From: a virus
Taxonomy: Duplodnaviria; Caudoviricetes
IMG/VR virus record: IMGVR_UViG_3300033067_002102
Location: 1-63,261 of that record
Strand: one strand, 5' to 3'
DNA length: 63,261 nt
Of the stretch, positions 7,435-15,917 are shown in pieces (the first letter of the stretch is position 1; every line of letters begins with the position of its first letter). The notes under the pieces are model-generated. The model searched no databases, was not told where the DNA came from, and worked only from the letters and a program-made list of their open reading frames with translations. The position numbers and the translations under genes were made by a program.

Positions 7435-7974
7435 TTAGCGGCCTTGGCCCCAGCGCGCGAGGGCGATGGCGTCCACGACGTTGTGGCGGTAGCTGCGCGC
7501 CGGCCAGACCACGCGCTCATGCTCTTCTTTCGTGAGCCCGAGCGGCGGCGCGAGGAACAAGCGCGACTCCAGCGCATCCGTAGGGACGCCACGCTTCCAC
7601 ACGCTCACGGGCGCGCGGGCGATGTGCGCGCTCGGGAAGCCGTTGCGGATGCCCTCCACGATGCGCCCGATGACGAAGCACAGCTCCAAGAGGTCCGAGG
7701 TAGCGGCATTGCCGCGCGCCTTGCCGTTCTCGGTCTCGGGCATTTCCACAACGAAGCGTAGCTCATCGCTCGGTTGATAGATGGCCCACGGCCCGGGGCG
7801 GCTGATGCCGAGCACAACGGCGCGCATGGTAGCGTCCACGATGTCCGAAGAAAGCGCTTCGGCCGTAGTGGTGCGCGCCCACATCGCATGACGGAGCACG
7901 CTTTGCTGGACGACGGCCACGCCGCATGCGTGCACGCCAGGGTCAATGCCGATGTAAATCGCGCTCGGGCTCAT
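7435..7974 (-). CDS. RuvC-like Holliday junction resolvase
   Basis: IGIDPG, VVEMP, VWK, DAIALA acidic motifs of the RNase H fold. Confidence 0.8.
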   Translation of the reverse strand: MSPSAIYIGIDPGVHACGVAVVQQSVLRHAMWARTTTAEALSSDIVDATMRAVVLGISRPGPWAIYQPSDELRFVVEMPETENGKARGNAATSDLLELCFVIGRIVEGIRNGFPSAHIARAPVSVWKRGVPTDALESRLFLAPPLGLTKEEHERVVWPARSYRHNVVDAIALARWGQGR

Positions 7975-8372
7975 ACGATGAACGTCCCCTTGATTTCGAT
8001 TTGGCGCAGCTCGGGGAGCGTGCGCACCACTTCAAGCTTTATTTCGCCGGGCGGCATGATGAGCAATTCTCCGCGTAGCTCGGCTTCTGCCAAGGTCTTC
8101 TTGATGGACGCTTCTATCGCGGCGATGCGTTCGTCATCCCACTTGAGCGGAGACAAGCCGTAGCTCGGCGCCGGTATCTTTGTGGGGTAGAGCGCTTCGA
8201 GGATGTTGGCCTCCATCTCGACACGCAAGCATTGCAACACGTGGAGCACGTCAACAATGAACCAAAACTCGTCTTGCGTCCACGTGCGCCGAGCGCCGCC
8301 CGGTAGCTCGAATTTGGCGCGAGTTGCCGCGGCTAGACGGCGGTCGCGCACGCGGCGTTGCTTGGCGTTCAT
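7971..8372 (-). CDS. Stand-alone protein resembling the C-terminal domain of the tail sheath
   Basis: Hand alignment to the C-terminus of 38248-39582 (see findings). Confidence 0.6.
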   Translation of the reverse strand: MNAKQRRVRDRRLAAATRAKFELPGGARRTWTQDEFWFIVDVLHVLQCLRVEMEANILEALYPTKIPAPSYGLSPLKWDDERIAAIEASIKKTLAEAELRGELLIMPPGEIKLEVVRTLPELRQIEIKGTFIV

Positions 8373-8551
8373 TCGTGCCCCTCACAGACGCACTTGACCT
8401 CGTGCTCCTCCACGTCGCGCGAGCGATAGGTCTCTTGGACCTTGGCCGCTTCGTGTCGCGCGGCCTTTTCGCAAACGTAGACGCCCACGGTCTCGCGGTC
8501 GCCATGCCCGTAGCCGTCGCCCCAGCTCTCGATGACCACGTAGACCTTCAT
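8369..8551 (-). CDS. Small DUF7336-like protein (MKVYVV...VGVY..EKAA)
   Basis: Motif pattern; ATGA overlaps at both ends. Confidence 0.65.
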   Translation of the reverse strand: MKVYVVIESWGDGYGHGDRETVGVYVCEKAARHEAAKVQETYRSRDVEEHEVKCVCEGHE

Positions 8552-8721
8552 GGCTCGTCCGCGCAGCGCTCGGCCACTTCGTCGCAGAGATAGCCGTCCG
8601 CGATGGCGCAGTGTTGCACGGCCTCCTTGCAATTCTTGGCCGGGCACGCCTCGTAGCAGATGGCCAAGAAGATGAGCGCCGCGACAGAGCCAACGATTTC
8701 AGCCCAAAAATCGTCACGCAT
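8548..8721 (-). CDS. Small membrane-anchored Cys-rich protein
   Basis: Hydrophobic N-terminal helix, 6 Cys. Confidence 0.55.
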   Translation of the reverse strand: MRDDFWAEIVGSVAALIFLAICYEACPAKNCKEAVQHCAIADGYLCDEVAERCADEP

Positions 8722-8998
8722 CGAGCACCTCTGGCGCAAAGCGCGTGCGTAACTTGTTCATGACCTTGAGGAGTGGCGCCTTTTCGTAGCCAGCTCGCGC
8801 GAGCGCGAAGAGCACCTCATCAAGCGTGGCATCCACCGTGCGCTCCACGACGAAACGGCACGTGGCGTCCACCAGCGCGCTCGTGTCGGGCGGCGTCCAG
8901 CCCGTGTCCGTCTGCACATCTTGTCCGCGTTCCACAGCTTCACGAAGCATCTTGCTCACGAACGCATCGCGCTTGAGCGCTTCGGGTGAGCGTCTCAT
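8714..8998 (-). CDS. Hypothetical protein (MRRSPEAL)
   Basis: ATGA overlap. Confidence 0.6.
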   Translation of the reverse strand: MRRSPEALKRDAFVSKMLREAVERGQDVQTDTGWTPPDTSALVDATCRFVVERTVDATLDEVLFALARAGYEKAPLLKVMNKLRTRFAPEVLDA

Positions 8999-9393
8999 AG
9001 ACACCCCACTTGTTCCAGCACTTCGACACGCGCGAGCACGCCGACCGGGCACGCTTGCCGGAGCGCCGTCTCGGCCGCAAGCTGCGCGCCGTCCACAGAG
9101 AAGCTCGTGCGGCGCACGATGACGATGAAGCACGCGCGCAGCTCCACACGCGGCTTCTCTCGCAAGAACCAACGCCGCCACCACGAAGGTTCGTAGCGTG
9201 TGGTCTCGTCACGATAGGCCGCCGTGATGGCTTCGGGCGTAGCCTCCAAGAGCTGCGCGGCAATGTCATGCACGGAGCCGCCGCGGTTGCCTCGCGCCAT
9301 CACGCGTTTGACGCGCGCCCGGAGTTGTTCGTCCGTCTCGTCCGGCTTGCGCTCCACGCCGAGGAGCGTGCCTAAAAAGTCTTCATGGTTCAT
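8995..9393 (-). CDS. Stand-alone baseplate-wedge-like (P2 gpI/DUF2612-type) protein in the early region
   Basis: DFLGTLLGVERKPDETDEQLRARV...GGS and C-terminal ALRQACPVGV motifs. Confidence 0.65.
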   Translation of the reverse strand: MNHEDFLGTLLGVERKPDETDEQLRARVKRVMARGNRGGSVHDIAAQLLEATPEAITAAYRDETTRYEPSWWRRWFLREKPRVELRACFIVIVRRTSFSVDGAQLAAETALRQACPVGVLARVEVLEQVGCL

Positions 9394-9670
9394 CGTTCCA
9401 TCCGTCCTTCACCAGCCGTTGTTTGATTTGGCGCACGCGCTCCTCGCGCCGTTCGTTCTTCTCGGAGAGCTGCCACATGCGGCTAGACGAGCCTCCACAC
9501 GCTGCCCAGAAGCAACACGGGCATCCGCCTTCGCCCACAAACTTCGCTTGAGCGCGGTCTATCGTGTCTTGCGTGCGCTTGATTTGGCGCAGCAAGTGAT
9601 ACAGCTCCAGCCGTAGCCCGCGAAGCTTGCGCTTCGGGCTACAGCCGAGGAAGCAAAGCAGCTTACGCAT
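9383..9670 (-). CDS. Hypothetical basic protein
   Basis: Operon packing. Confidence 0.55.
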   Translation of the reverse strand: MRKLLCFLGCSPKRKLRGLRLELYHLLRQIKRTQDTIDRAQAKFVGEGGCPCCFWAACGGSSSRMWQLSEKNERREERVRQIKQRLVKDGWNDEP

Positions 9671-9917
9671 AACCCCTAGCCTCATCTTGCAACCTCGCCA
9701 CGTTCTCCTTGAGCGCGCCCACTTCCTCTTGCAGCTTCGTCACCGCGCCCTCGGCGTGGACGAGCGAGATATGCAGCACGGCCAACTCTCGGAGCAGCTC
9801 CATCGTGACGTGCCACGGTTGCGGGCCCGGGCCGTGCACAGTGACGAGGCGCTCCTTGAAGGAGTCCATGAACGCCCGAGCGAGCTTTTTCTCTTCTTCG
9901 GTCCATTCGTTAGACAT
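9663..9917 (-). CDS. Hypothetical coiled-coil protein
   Basis: GAGGT RBS; operon packing. Confidence 0.65.
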   Translation of the reverse strand: MSNEWTEEEKKLARAFMDSFKERLVTVHGPGPQPWHVTMELLRELAVLHISLVHAEGAVTKLQEEVGALKENVARLQDEARGYA

Positions 9918-10338
9918 CGGCCACCTCATCGCCGAGCGGCTCCCACAGCCGGCGCATGTAGTCCCAGCGCGCCTTGAGCCACTCGCGCACCTTCGGCTCG
10001 TCCTCGGCTTTGATGTTCTTGACGGTGTGGCTCGCGAACATCCCCTTACGCTGGTGCATCATGAAGATGGTCAGCTCCGGCGTTTCGCGCCCGTTCCACT
10101 CGGGTCCGGCCGGGTCCCAGTCCCAACGGAAGACCATGTTGTAGTCCTCGTCCGAGTCGCCGAATTCCTCGAAGAACGCCGCCCAGCTCTCCCAAGAGTG
10201 CTCGCAATTGTTGCTGTAGTAGTTGGCCGTGGAGCAGTGATACGGGTGCTCCGCGCCCCACAGCTTGCCCGCTTGTCGCCCGGCGAGCCTCCACGCCTTC
10301 TCTTCTTTATCGTTCTTGACTGGTGTCTCGTAGTTCAT
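9910..10338 (-). CDS. Conserved-looking phage hypothetical protein (HPYHC...DYNMVFRWDW...QRKG...LWEPL)
   Basis: AGGAG RBS; aromatic-rich motifs. Confidence 0.75.
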   Translation of the reverse strand: MNYETPVKNDKEEKAWRLAGRQAGKLWGAEHPYHCSTANYYSNNCEHSWESWAAFFEEFGDSDEDYNMVFRWDWDPAGPEWNGRETPELTIFMMHQRKGMFASHTVKNIKAEDEPKVREWLKARWDYMRRLWEPLGDEVADV

Positions 10339-10374
10339 GTCCCCTTCTCCTTTGCCCTGCCAAGGGCGTTTAGC

Positions 10375-10818
10375 TCACTGCGTTTGTTTAGGCGCTAGCG
10401 CTTTTAGCTCTTGCAGGTATTGGCAGAATTCGTCAATACACCGCACCGGAATGTGGATGCTTTCGTGCGCGCCCGTGAGGTCCATGCGCACCTCCACCGC
10501 GGCGTGGTTCGGACTGCCTTCGTCCTTGAGCTGCATAAAGTAGCGCCAGAAGTGCCGGCGCGTGAGCTTGTCCACATCCGCCGCGGCGCTTGCCGCAGCG
10601 CTGGCCAAGTCCTTCGCCACCGCCCGGCGCCGCTCCAGCTCTAGGCGCTGGAGCGGGCCACAGTTATGACCTTGCTTTTGCTCCTCGCTGCAATGGTCGC
10701 ACATCGGAAGCGAGCCCGAGCCGGCGCACCGCTCGCAACGTTCGTACTGAAAGCGGAGCCCGAGCGGTGCCTTGAGCGCGCCCGAGCCCTCGCACACGGG
10801 GCACATCTTACCGCTCAT
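10375..10818 (-). CDS. Protein with DnaJ-type CxxCxGxG zinc-finger repeats
   Basis: CPVCEGSG, CERCAGSG, CDHC. Confidence 0.7.
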   Translation of the reverse strand: MSGKMCPVCEGSGALKAPLGLRFQYERCERCAGSGSLPMCDHCSEEQKQGHNCGPLQRLELERRRAVAKDLASAAASAAADVDKLTRRHFWRYFMQLKDEGSPNHAAVEVRMDLTGAHESIHIPVRCIDEFCQYLQELKALAPKQTQ

Positions 10819-11177
10819 GATGACGCCCCAAGTTGCACAAGCGGCTCCATCGTGCACCCGCGCCCCACGTGGTCGCACGCTCCGCCGTAGGGGTATTCAC
10901 TGCACATGCGCGGGCGCTTTTCGTAGGCCGTACAGTCGCCGGTCTCCTTGTTGAGGTGCCGGCACGTGTAATATTCGCCTTGGTCGCCGTTCGGGTACGT
11001 CTTGGGCTCGCCGAGCGGGATGAGCATGTCATGGATGTAAACCACGTCCGAGAAGACCTTGCGGCCGTTCATGTCTATCGGCAGCCCTCGCAAAGCCGCT
11101 TGCGCATTTGCGGTGATGTCCTTGAGCGTGACCGGCAACGGAAAGCGCCGGCAGCAATGTCCCGTGCACCGGCTCAC
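10815..11177 (-). CDS. YkgJ-family (CxxxCC) cysteine-cluster protein
   Basis: CTGHCC...CRHL...CTAYEKRPRMCSEYP; GTG start. Confidence 0.8.
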   Translation of the reverse strand: MSRCTGHCCRRFPLPVTLKDITANAQAALRGLPIDMNGRKVFSDVVYIHDMLIPLGEPKTYPNGDQGEYYTCRHLNKETGDCTAYEKRPRMCSEYPYGGACDHVGRGCTMEPLVQLGASS

Positions 11178-11635
11178 AGCGGGCTCCTTTCCAGCTCGGC
11201 CATGCGCTCGGGCGTGAGCGGCTCCAGCTCGCGGTGCTGCGCCTCGAAGCATACGAAGGCCGGGAGCTTGAAGTGTGCCGCGTCGTGCTTGATGTGCGCG
11301 CCGTCGCGGAACGGCGTGTCCAGCCGCGCGCAATACTCGCGCGACCCACCGCCGCCCACCTTCGTGGAGCTGAGAGGCGTAGCAATGAGGTGCCCAAGGT
11401 AGTGACGTTGCACGAGCAAGTAGTCACAGATGGCGTTGTCCCCATCGAGCGCGCGCCAGCGCAGCTCCAAGCGCGGGATGGGGAGGCCGTTGTTCTCCGT
11501 GATGCTCACCTTGCGGATGTCGCGCCACCTCCACGAGTCCACATACTTCGCATCGTTTTCGGCGCGGAGCTTCTTCTCCAGCTCGTTTTCAAGCTCATTG
11601 ATGCGCTCGTTGAGCCGTTCTTCTAGCGTTGCCAT
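11174..11635 (-). CDS. Hypothetical protein
   Basis: TAATG coupling with upstream gene. Confidence 0.7.
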   Translation of the reverse strand: MATLEERLNERINELENELEKKLRAENDAKYVDSWRWRDIRKVSITENNGLPIPRLELRWRALDGDNAICDYLLVQRHYLGHLIATPLSSTKVGGGGSREYCARLDTPFRDGAHIKHDAAHFKLPAFVCFEAQHRELEPLTPERMAELERSPL

Positions 11636-11865
11636 TAGCAGCACCCCGCGTCCGCGAAAGCGTGCGTGGATGGCTCCGTGTGAGTCGGCGCGTCGAAGGT
11701 GAAGTCCGGTGCCTTGCTCAAGTCCGGCTTCTCACCGTCGTTCCCGCGCTGCTCCACGCCGAGCTTGCGCGCCGCTTCGAGGTCCGGCGCGATGACGAGC
11801 AACGCGCCTCCGTCGTGCCAGTTGTTCGTGATGTGATTGACGTTGCTCCAGATAAACGCTTTCAT
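11635..11865 (-). CDS. Hypothetical protein (MKAFIWSNV...DAGCC)
   Basis: GGAGG RBS; ATGA overlap. Confidence 0.7.
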   Translation of the reverse strand: MKAFIWSNVNHITNNWHDGGALLVIAPDLEAARKLGVEQRGNDGEKPDLSKAPDFTFDAPTHTEPSTHAFADAGCC

Positions 11866-12185
11866 CGGTACTTCGCCTCCGCCTCTTCTCGGGTGTAGAT
11901 TTTGTGGCCTTCGTCGTCTTCGTTGTAGATGTCCGCGAGCGTCTTGCCGGTCATGCGGAAGTGCTCCAGCTCCTCTACGGTGCACCGGCACTCCGGCTTG
12001 ACCTCGCCCATGAGCCGGGCCTCTTCGTAGCAGCTCGGCGCGAACACCAGCCGTTGTCCTCCGCAACGGCGGCAATAGTTATCGCGGTCACGTATGGCGT
12101 TGAGCCCGTGCCATTGCGGCACCGGTCGCCCGTCTTGCCGCGCTCGCGTCTCCGCGAGCCGTTTGGTGAAAACTTCATCGTTCAT
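11862..12185 (-). CDS. Hypothetical Cys-containing protein
   Basis: GGAGG RBS; ATGA overlap. Confidence 0.65.
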   Translation of the reverse strand: MNDEVFTKRLAETRARQDGRPVPQWHGLNAIRDRDNYCRRCGGQRLVFAPSCYEEARLMGEVKPECRCTVEELEHFRMTGKTLADIYNEDDEGHKIYTREEAEAKYR

Positions 12186-12499
12186 GGTGCCTCCACCGCG
12201 TCGCGGACACGCTTGTATTCGTCGCGCGCCTTGCTGCTACGCGAACATGCGATGTTCACAGCGAGTGGGCATGTGGCCGCGAAATAGACGCCTCGGGCGC
12301 TATCACGCACCGGATTGATGCGCCGGCCGCACGAAACGCAGTGCGTCTCCAGCTCCATCGCCTCCACGTGTAAGCCCGTAGGCATCGGATTGAAGTTGAT
12401 GCGGAAGCGCGGATTCTTGTGCCCGCCATCGCGCGAGTAAAGCTCTATACGCACGAAGGGCCTGAGCTTCGGAAAAAGTGGGTGCTCTGTGAACGTCAC
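12182..12499 (-). CDS. Hypothetical protein (CVSC...C...C)
   Basis: GTGA overlap with ligase stop. Confidence 0.65.
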   Translation of the reverse strand: MTFTEHPLFPKLRPFVRIELYSRDGGHKNPRFRINFNPMPTGLHVEAMELETHCVSCGRRINPVRDSARGVYFAATCPLAVNIACSRSSKARDEYKRVRDAVEAP

Positions 12500-13473
12500 A
12501 TGTCACTCCGGTCTCGGAAGCCGAGAAACACGGGCGAGCGTGGCGCGTCCTTCGCGCCGTGCGGCTGATGTTTGAACTTCACCGTGGCAAGGAGGAGGTC
12601 TTCTTGGATGCGCCAGAAATGGTCCTTCTGCACATCCGTCGTGCCCGAGCCGCACCGAAAGGTGAGCTTGCCCGAGCCCAAGCACTCCTCGCACCACGAC
12701 GTGGAGGAGGTGCGCTTGTCCGCCTTGCACGCGGTGCACGGGCGTTCTTCATTCGGAAATTGGAGGATGAACGCGCCGAGGCGCGAGGTCATGACCAAGC
12801 CCTCCTTCGAGCTGGAGCGTTTGGCGTAGCCGCGCTCGTCCCGCTTTTGCTCGTTCTCGTTCACATAGAGCGGCTCAAAGCCGACAACGATTGCCTCCGC
12901 ATCCTCGAAGCGCTTGACCTTGAGGAGCGCGCCCTCCCGCATCGTGCTCCGGCCCCACTTGTAGAGACCGTTCGGGTCGCGGAGCATGATGCCCTCGTAG
13001 CCCTTCTTGAGCTGGTGTTGCTCGTAGGTGGCTAGCTCCTCCCCGCTCGTGATGAGCACGTGCTCCACGGCGCGCACGAAGTGGCGCTCTTGCAAGCGCT
13101 CAATCGTAGCGATGTCCAGCGCACGGCGATAGCGCTCTTGGAACGGGAGCGCCGGGTCCGTGTGGTGGTCGAAGACGTTGAACGTGATGCCGTCCGTCTC
13201 GCCGTCGTGGCTCATGACGGCGCTCGTCACGTCTTGGAAGGTCTCACCGGCCATCAGCTCGCCGTCTAGGCCCTCCAGCTCGGGGCGCTGGAGAAGCTCG
13301 CGGAGCTTCTTGTTCGGGACCGGCTTGAGCGAGCGCGTGAGCGCGAGCCCATCACGCACCACGCACCGGATGCCGTCCAGCTTCGGCGAAGCTACGAGCG
13401 GGTAACGCAACGTCTCGAAGTCCGGCAACTCGCTACACGCGAGCATTGGCTTGAAGGTTTTCTCTTTGCTCAC
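12496..13473 (-). CDS. lig: ATP-dependent DNA ligase
   Basis: SPKLDGIR (motif I), LDGEL, FNVFD, EGIMLR, LLKVKRFEDAEA, PRSPVF. Confidence 0.95.
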   Translation of the reverse strand: MSKEKTFKPMLACSELPDFETLRYPLVASPKLDGIRCVVRDGLALTRSLKPVPNKKLRELLQRPELEGLDGELMAGETFQDVTSAVMSHDGETDGITFNVFDHHTDPALPFQERYRRALDIATIERLQERHFVRAVEHVLITSGEELATYEQHQLKKGYEGIMLRDPNGLYKWGRSTMREGALLKVKRFEDAEAIVVGFEPLYVNENEQKRDERGYAKRSSSKEGLVMTSRLGAFILQFPNEERPCTACKADKRTSSTSWCEECLGSGKLTFRCGSGTTDVQKDHFWRIQEDLLLATVKFKHQPHGAKDAPRSPVFLGFRDRSDM

Positions 13474-13694
13474 TTAAGCACCGTGCCTATCTCGCCGCGC
13501 ACGAGCCCGAGCGTCTCCCGGATAAACTCCTCCGCCTCGCCCACGCTCTTAGCGTTGACGATGGAACGGCGCACCTCGATGCGCTGCGCTTCCGTCAAGC
13601 CCGACATGGCCGTTTCAACCCGCTTCAAAAACTCGCTTGGGAGTTGGCTGACCGGGAAGCGCTCAAAGCTCACTTCTTTTTCTTGCTTGCTCAT
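13470..13694 (-). CDS. Hypothetical protein (74 aa)
   Basis: GGAGGAG RBS. Confidence 0.7.
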   Translation of the reverse strand: MSKQEKEVSFERFPVSQLPSEFLKRVETAMSGLTEAQRIEVRRSIVNAKSVGEAEEFIRETLGLVRGEIGTVLK

Positions 13695-13940
13695 TTATGT
13701 CTCCTCCACGTAGGCATCTGCGTTGAACGAGCCGTGTGGGTTTGGGCCGTCGTCCGCCACGCGTTCTAAGTAACGTCGAAATTTTTCCACTAGCTCGGTG
13801 CGCTTCTCCGGCGTGAGGTCTTTGCGCTCACCGTAGAACAACATGCCGTGGCTTCCTCCCGTGAGCCCGGCGCCTACAATCGCCTCAGACACGCGGATGT
13901 AGCGCCGGCTCGGGTGTCCCTTCTTGAAATCGTCGTTCAT
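13695..13940 (-). CDS. Hypothetical protein (MNDDFKK)
   Basis: ATGA overlap with thyX stop. Confidence 0.65.
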   Translation of the reverse strand: MNDDFKKGHPSRRYIRVSEAIVGAGLTGGSHGMLFYGERKDLTPEKRTELVEKFRRYLERVADDGPNPHGSFNADAYVEET

Positions 13941-14767
13941 CGCGCCCGCCCTTCCACGAAAAGCTCCCACGTGCGCGGGAAGCGCGCGGCGATGAGCGAA
14001 CCCACCACGTTCGCGTATTCACGGATTTCCCATTGCGCTTTCTCGTCCATGCGCAACGTGAGGAACGCGAGCCAGTTGCGAAGGTTCGCGCTCGCCCGCA
14101 TCCGCGAGTAGGTGTTGACCGGGAGCACGAGCCGGGCGACCTCGCGCGCCACGCCCTTGTCCAGCATGCGCCGATACGCCTCGAAGCACTCGTGGGCCGT
14201 CTCGCGGATTTCCTCGCGGCACACCGCCGCGACGTAGGCGTCTAGGCCGTCCTCCGAACCCTGCTTATTGTGCTTGCCTTGCTGCGCCTTCTCCAAGCGC
14301 TCTTGCGAGGGCACGTAGAACAGCTCGGGCAACTCGATGTAACGCCCGCTCATCTCGTTGTAGCTCTGCGTCCGGTGACGGTGCCACTCGCGAAAGATGA
14401 ATATAGGCGCTTGCACCTCTATGACCAAGCCGGCCATCTCGAAGGGCGTGGCGTGTTTGTTCTCGTAGAGGTAGCGGAGGAGCTTCTCATCGCCCGCCTT
14501 GACCTCGTAGCCCTCGTGCCCGCACACGTTGCATGCCATGGCCGCGACCTCATCGAGGACGTGACCCACGCGCTTGTCGTCTTGCAGCTCGCCCGAGTGC
14601 ACCCAACGGATGGACTTGCACTTCGTGCAATAGGCGTTTGGTCCCCAGCCGAGGAAGCCCTTGCCCGTGGACATGCGTGCCGCTTCTACGATGCGCTCGT
14701 CCGAGCCCCAGCCCTCCACGAGCTGGACGTAGCCGTGGTCCAATACCTTCACAGGCTCCAGACTCAT
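13937..14767 (-). CDS. thyX: Flavin-dependent thymidylate synthase
   Basis: HATPFE, RHRTQSYNEMSGRY (RHRx7S), REVARLVLP, AQWEIR. Confidence 0.97.
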   Translation of the reverse strand: MSLEPVKVLDHGYVQLVEGWGSDERIVEAARMSTGKGFLGWGPNAYCTKCKSIRWVHSGELQDDKRVGHVLDEVAAMACNVCGHEGYEVKAGDEKLLRYLYENKHATPFEMAGLVIEVQAPIFIFREWHRHRTQSYNEMSGRYIELPELFYVPSQERLEKAQQGKHNKQGSEDGLDAYVAAVCREEIRETAHECFEAYRRMLDKGVAREVARLVLPVNTYSRMRASANLRNWLAFLTLRMDEKAQWEIREYANVVGSLIAARFPRTWELFVEGRAR

Positions 14768-14946
14768 GCGACGCTCCGCCGCACGAAGCCCTCAGCCCGT
14801 GTCACCTTCGCCATCTCCGCCGTGACAGCGCTCGCGAGCTTGGGGCTCACCGGGCGCACCACGTCCCGCAACGCGGGCAGGGAGAAGCTCTGCACTTGCT
14901 CAACCGTCCAGCCGAGCGCCGTTGCAATGCGTTCGCGCAAGCTCAC
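14764..14946 (-). CDS. Small hypothetical protein
   Basis: GTGA/ATGA overlaps. Confidence 0.6.
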   Translation of the reverse strand: MSLRERIATALGWTVEQVQSFSLPALRDVVRPVSPKLASAVTAEMAKVTRAEGFVRRSVA

Positions 14947-15299
14947 TGTAGCACCGTCCCGCCAGCGGCTTCGATGAGCGCTTGTGCCGTGGGATACTTG
15001 CTCACCCACGACTGGTAGTCACCGCGCGGCACGTCCGGGATGATGTGCCACGTGTCGGGCTCTTCGGCCGGCGCGATGATGCTCGGCTTGTTGCGGATGT
15101 AGAGCTTGACCATCCGCCCGTTCCAATAGTCCAACGTGATTTCGCGCGTGCCCTGACCCAGCTCGCGGAACTTGAAGTCCTCGGGCTTCGCCTCGTGGCG
15201 CTTGTCGTAGTGAATGAGCCCCATGCCCATCCCGGCGCTCGCGTTGCACGCAAGGGCCGCCATCGTCTTCACTTGTTCATCGGTCGCTTTGAATTTCAT
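14943..15299 (-). CDS. Hypothetical protein (118 aa)
   Basis: RBS; LDYWNGRMVKL...YQSW..KYPT motifs. Confidence 0.75.
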   Translation of the reverse strand: MKFKATDEQVKTMAALACNASAGMGMGLIHYDKRHEAKPEDFKFRELGQGTREITLDYWNGRMVKLYIRNKPSIIAPAEEPDTWHIIPDVPRGDYQSWVSKYPTAQALIEAAGGTVLQ

Positions 15300-15326
15300 T
15301 TTTGTTTCCCTTCTCCGTTGTCTGCC

Positions 15327-15593
15327 TTATGCGGTCGCTTCGGGTGCCGTGGGCTTGGCGCGCGGCATGGCCTGGAACCACGTGCCGTTCGTGTCGCGTT
15401 TCGTATCGAGCACGAAGCGAGAGCCGTCCGCCGTGATGAGCGTGCCCTCCTTCATTAGCTCTTGCGTGGCGCGCCGCGCGCTCGGGAGCGGCATGCCGCA
15501 CGCATCGGCGATGTCCGCATAGGACACCCACGTCCCCGCTTTGTCTGTGAGGTACTTGGAAATCTTCTCTTGTTGCTGGTTTGCTTTTGCCAT
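15327..15593 (-). CDS. Winged-helix DNA-binding protein
   Basis: VSYADIADACGMPLPSARRATQELMKEG HTH; AAGGAGG RBS. Confidence 0.8.
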   Translation of the reverse strand: MAKANQQQEKISKYLTDKAGTWVSYADIADACGMPLPSARRATQELMKEGTLITADGSRFVLDTKRDTNGTWFQAMPRAKPTAPEATA

Positions 15594-15615
15594 GAAATGG
15601 CCTCCTTGGATAAAG

Positions 15616-15646
15616 ACGCTAGCGCCTCCAGAATAGAAACGCAAGC
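15616..15646 (-). promoter_or_regulatory. Promoter TTGCGT-N17-TAGCGT for the wHTH gene
   Basis: Sigma70 geometry; 17-bp segment shared with 7365-7381. Confidence 0.55.
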
Positions 15647-15662
15647 GGTTGTGAGAGATTTT

Positions 15663-15917
15663 TTATAGCGGGCGGATGTCGAATTCGTCGGACGTGCAAA
15701 TCTCCTCGTCCGGTTTGCCGTCCTTCGTGCCCGAGAAGAGCCCGGCCCACATTTCCTTGCCGTCGTCATCGAAGCACACATAAAGCGGCTCGCCGAGTAG
15801 CTCCGCCTCCGTGCCCGCATCAAACCACGTGTCCGGCTTGGCGAAGTAGCGTTGCGGTGGAGGTGTGGGCGGCACGCCAGCGGGCAACCTGATGGTGCTG
15901 ACCTTTGGCTCCGTCAT
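15663..15917 (-). CDS. Hypothetical acidic protein
   Basis: ATGA overlap. Confidence 0.65.
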   Translation of the reverse strand: MTEPKVSTIRLPAGVPPTPPPQRYFAKPDTWFDAGTEAELLGEPLYVCFDDDGKEMWAGLFSGTKDGKPDEEICTSDEFDIRPL

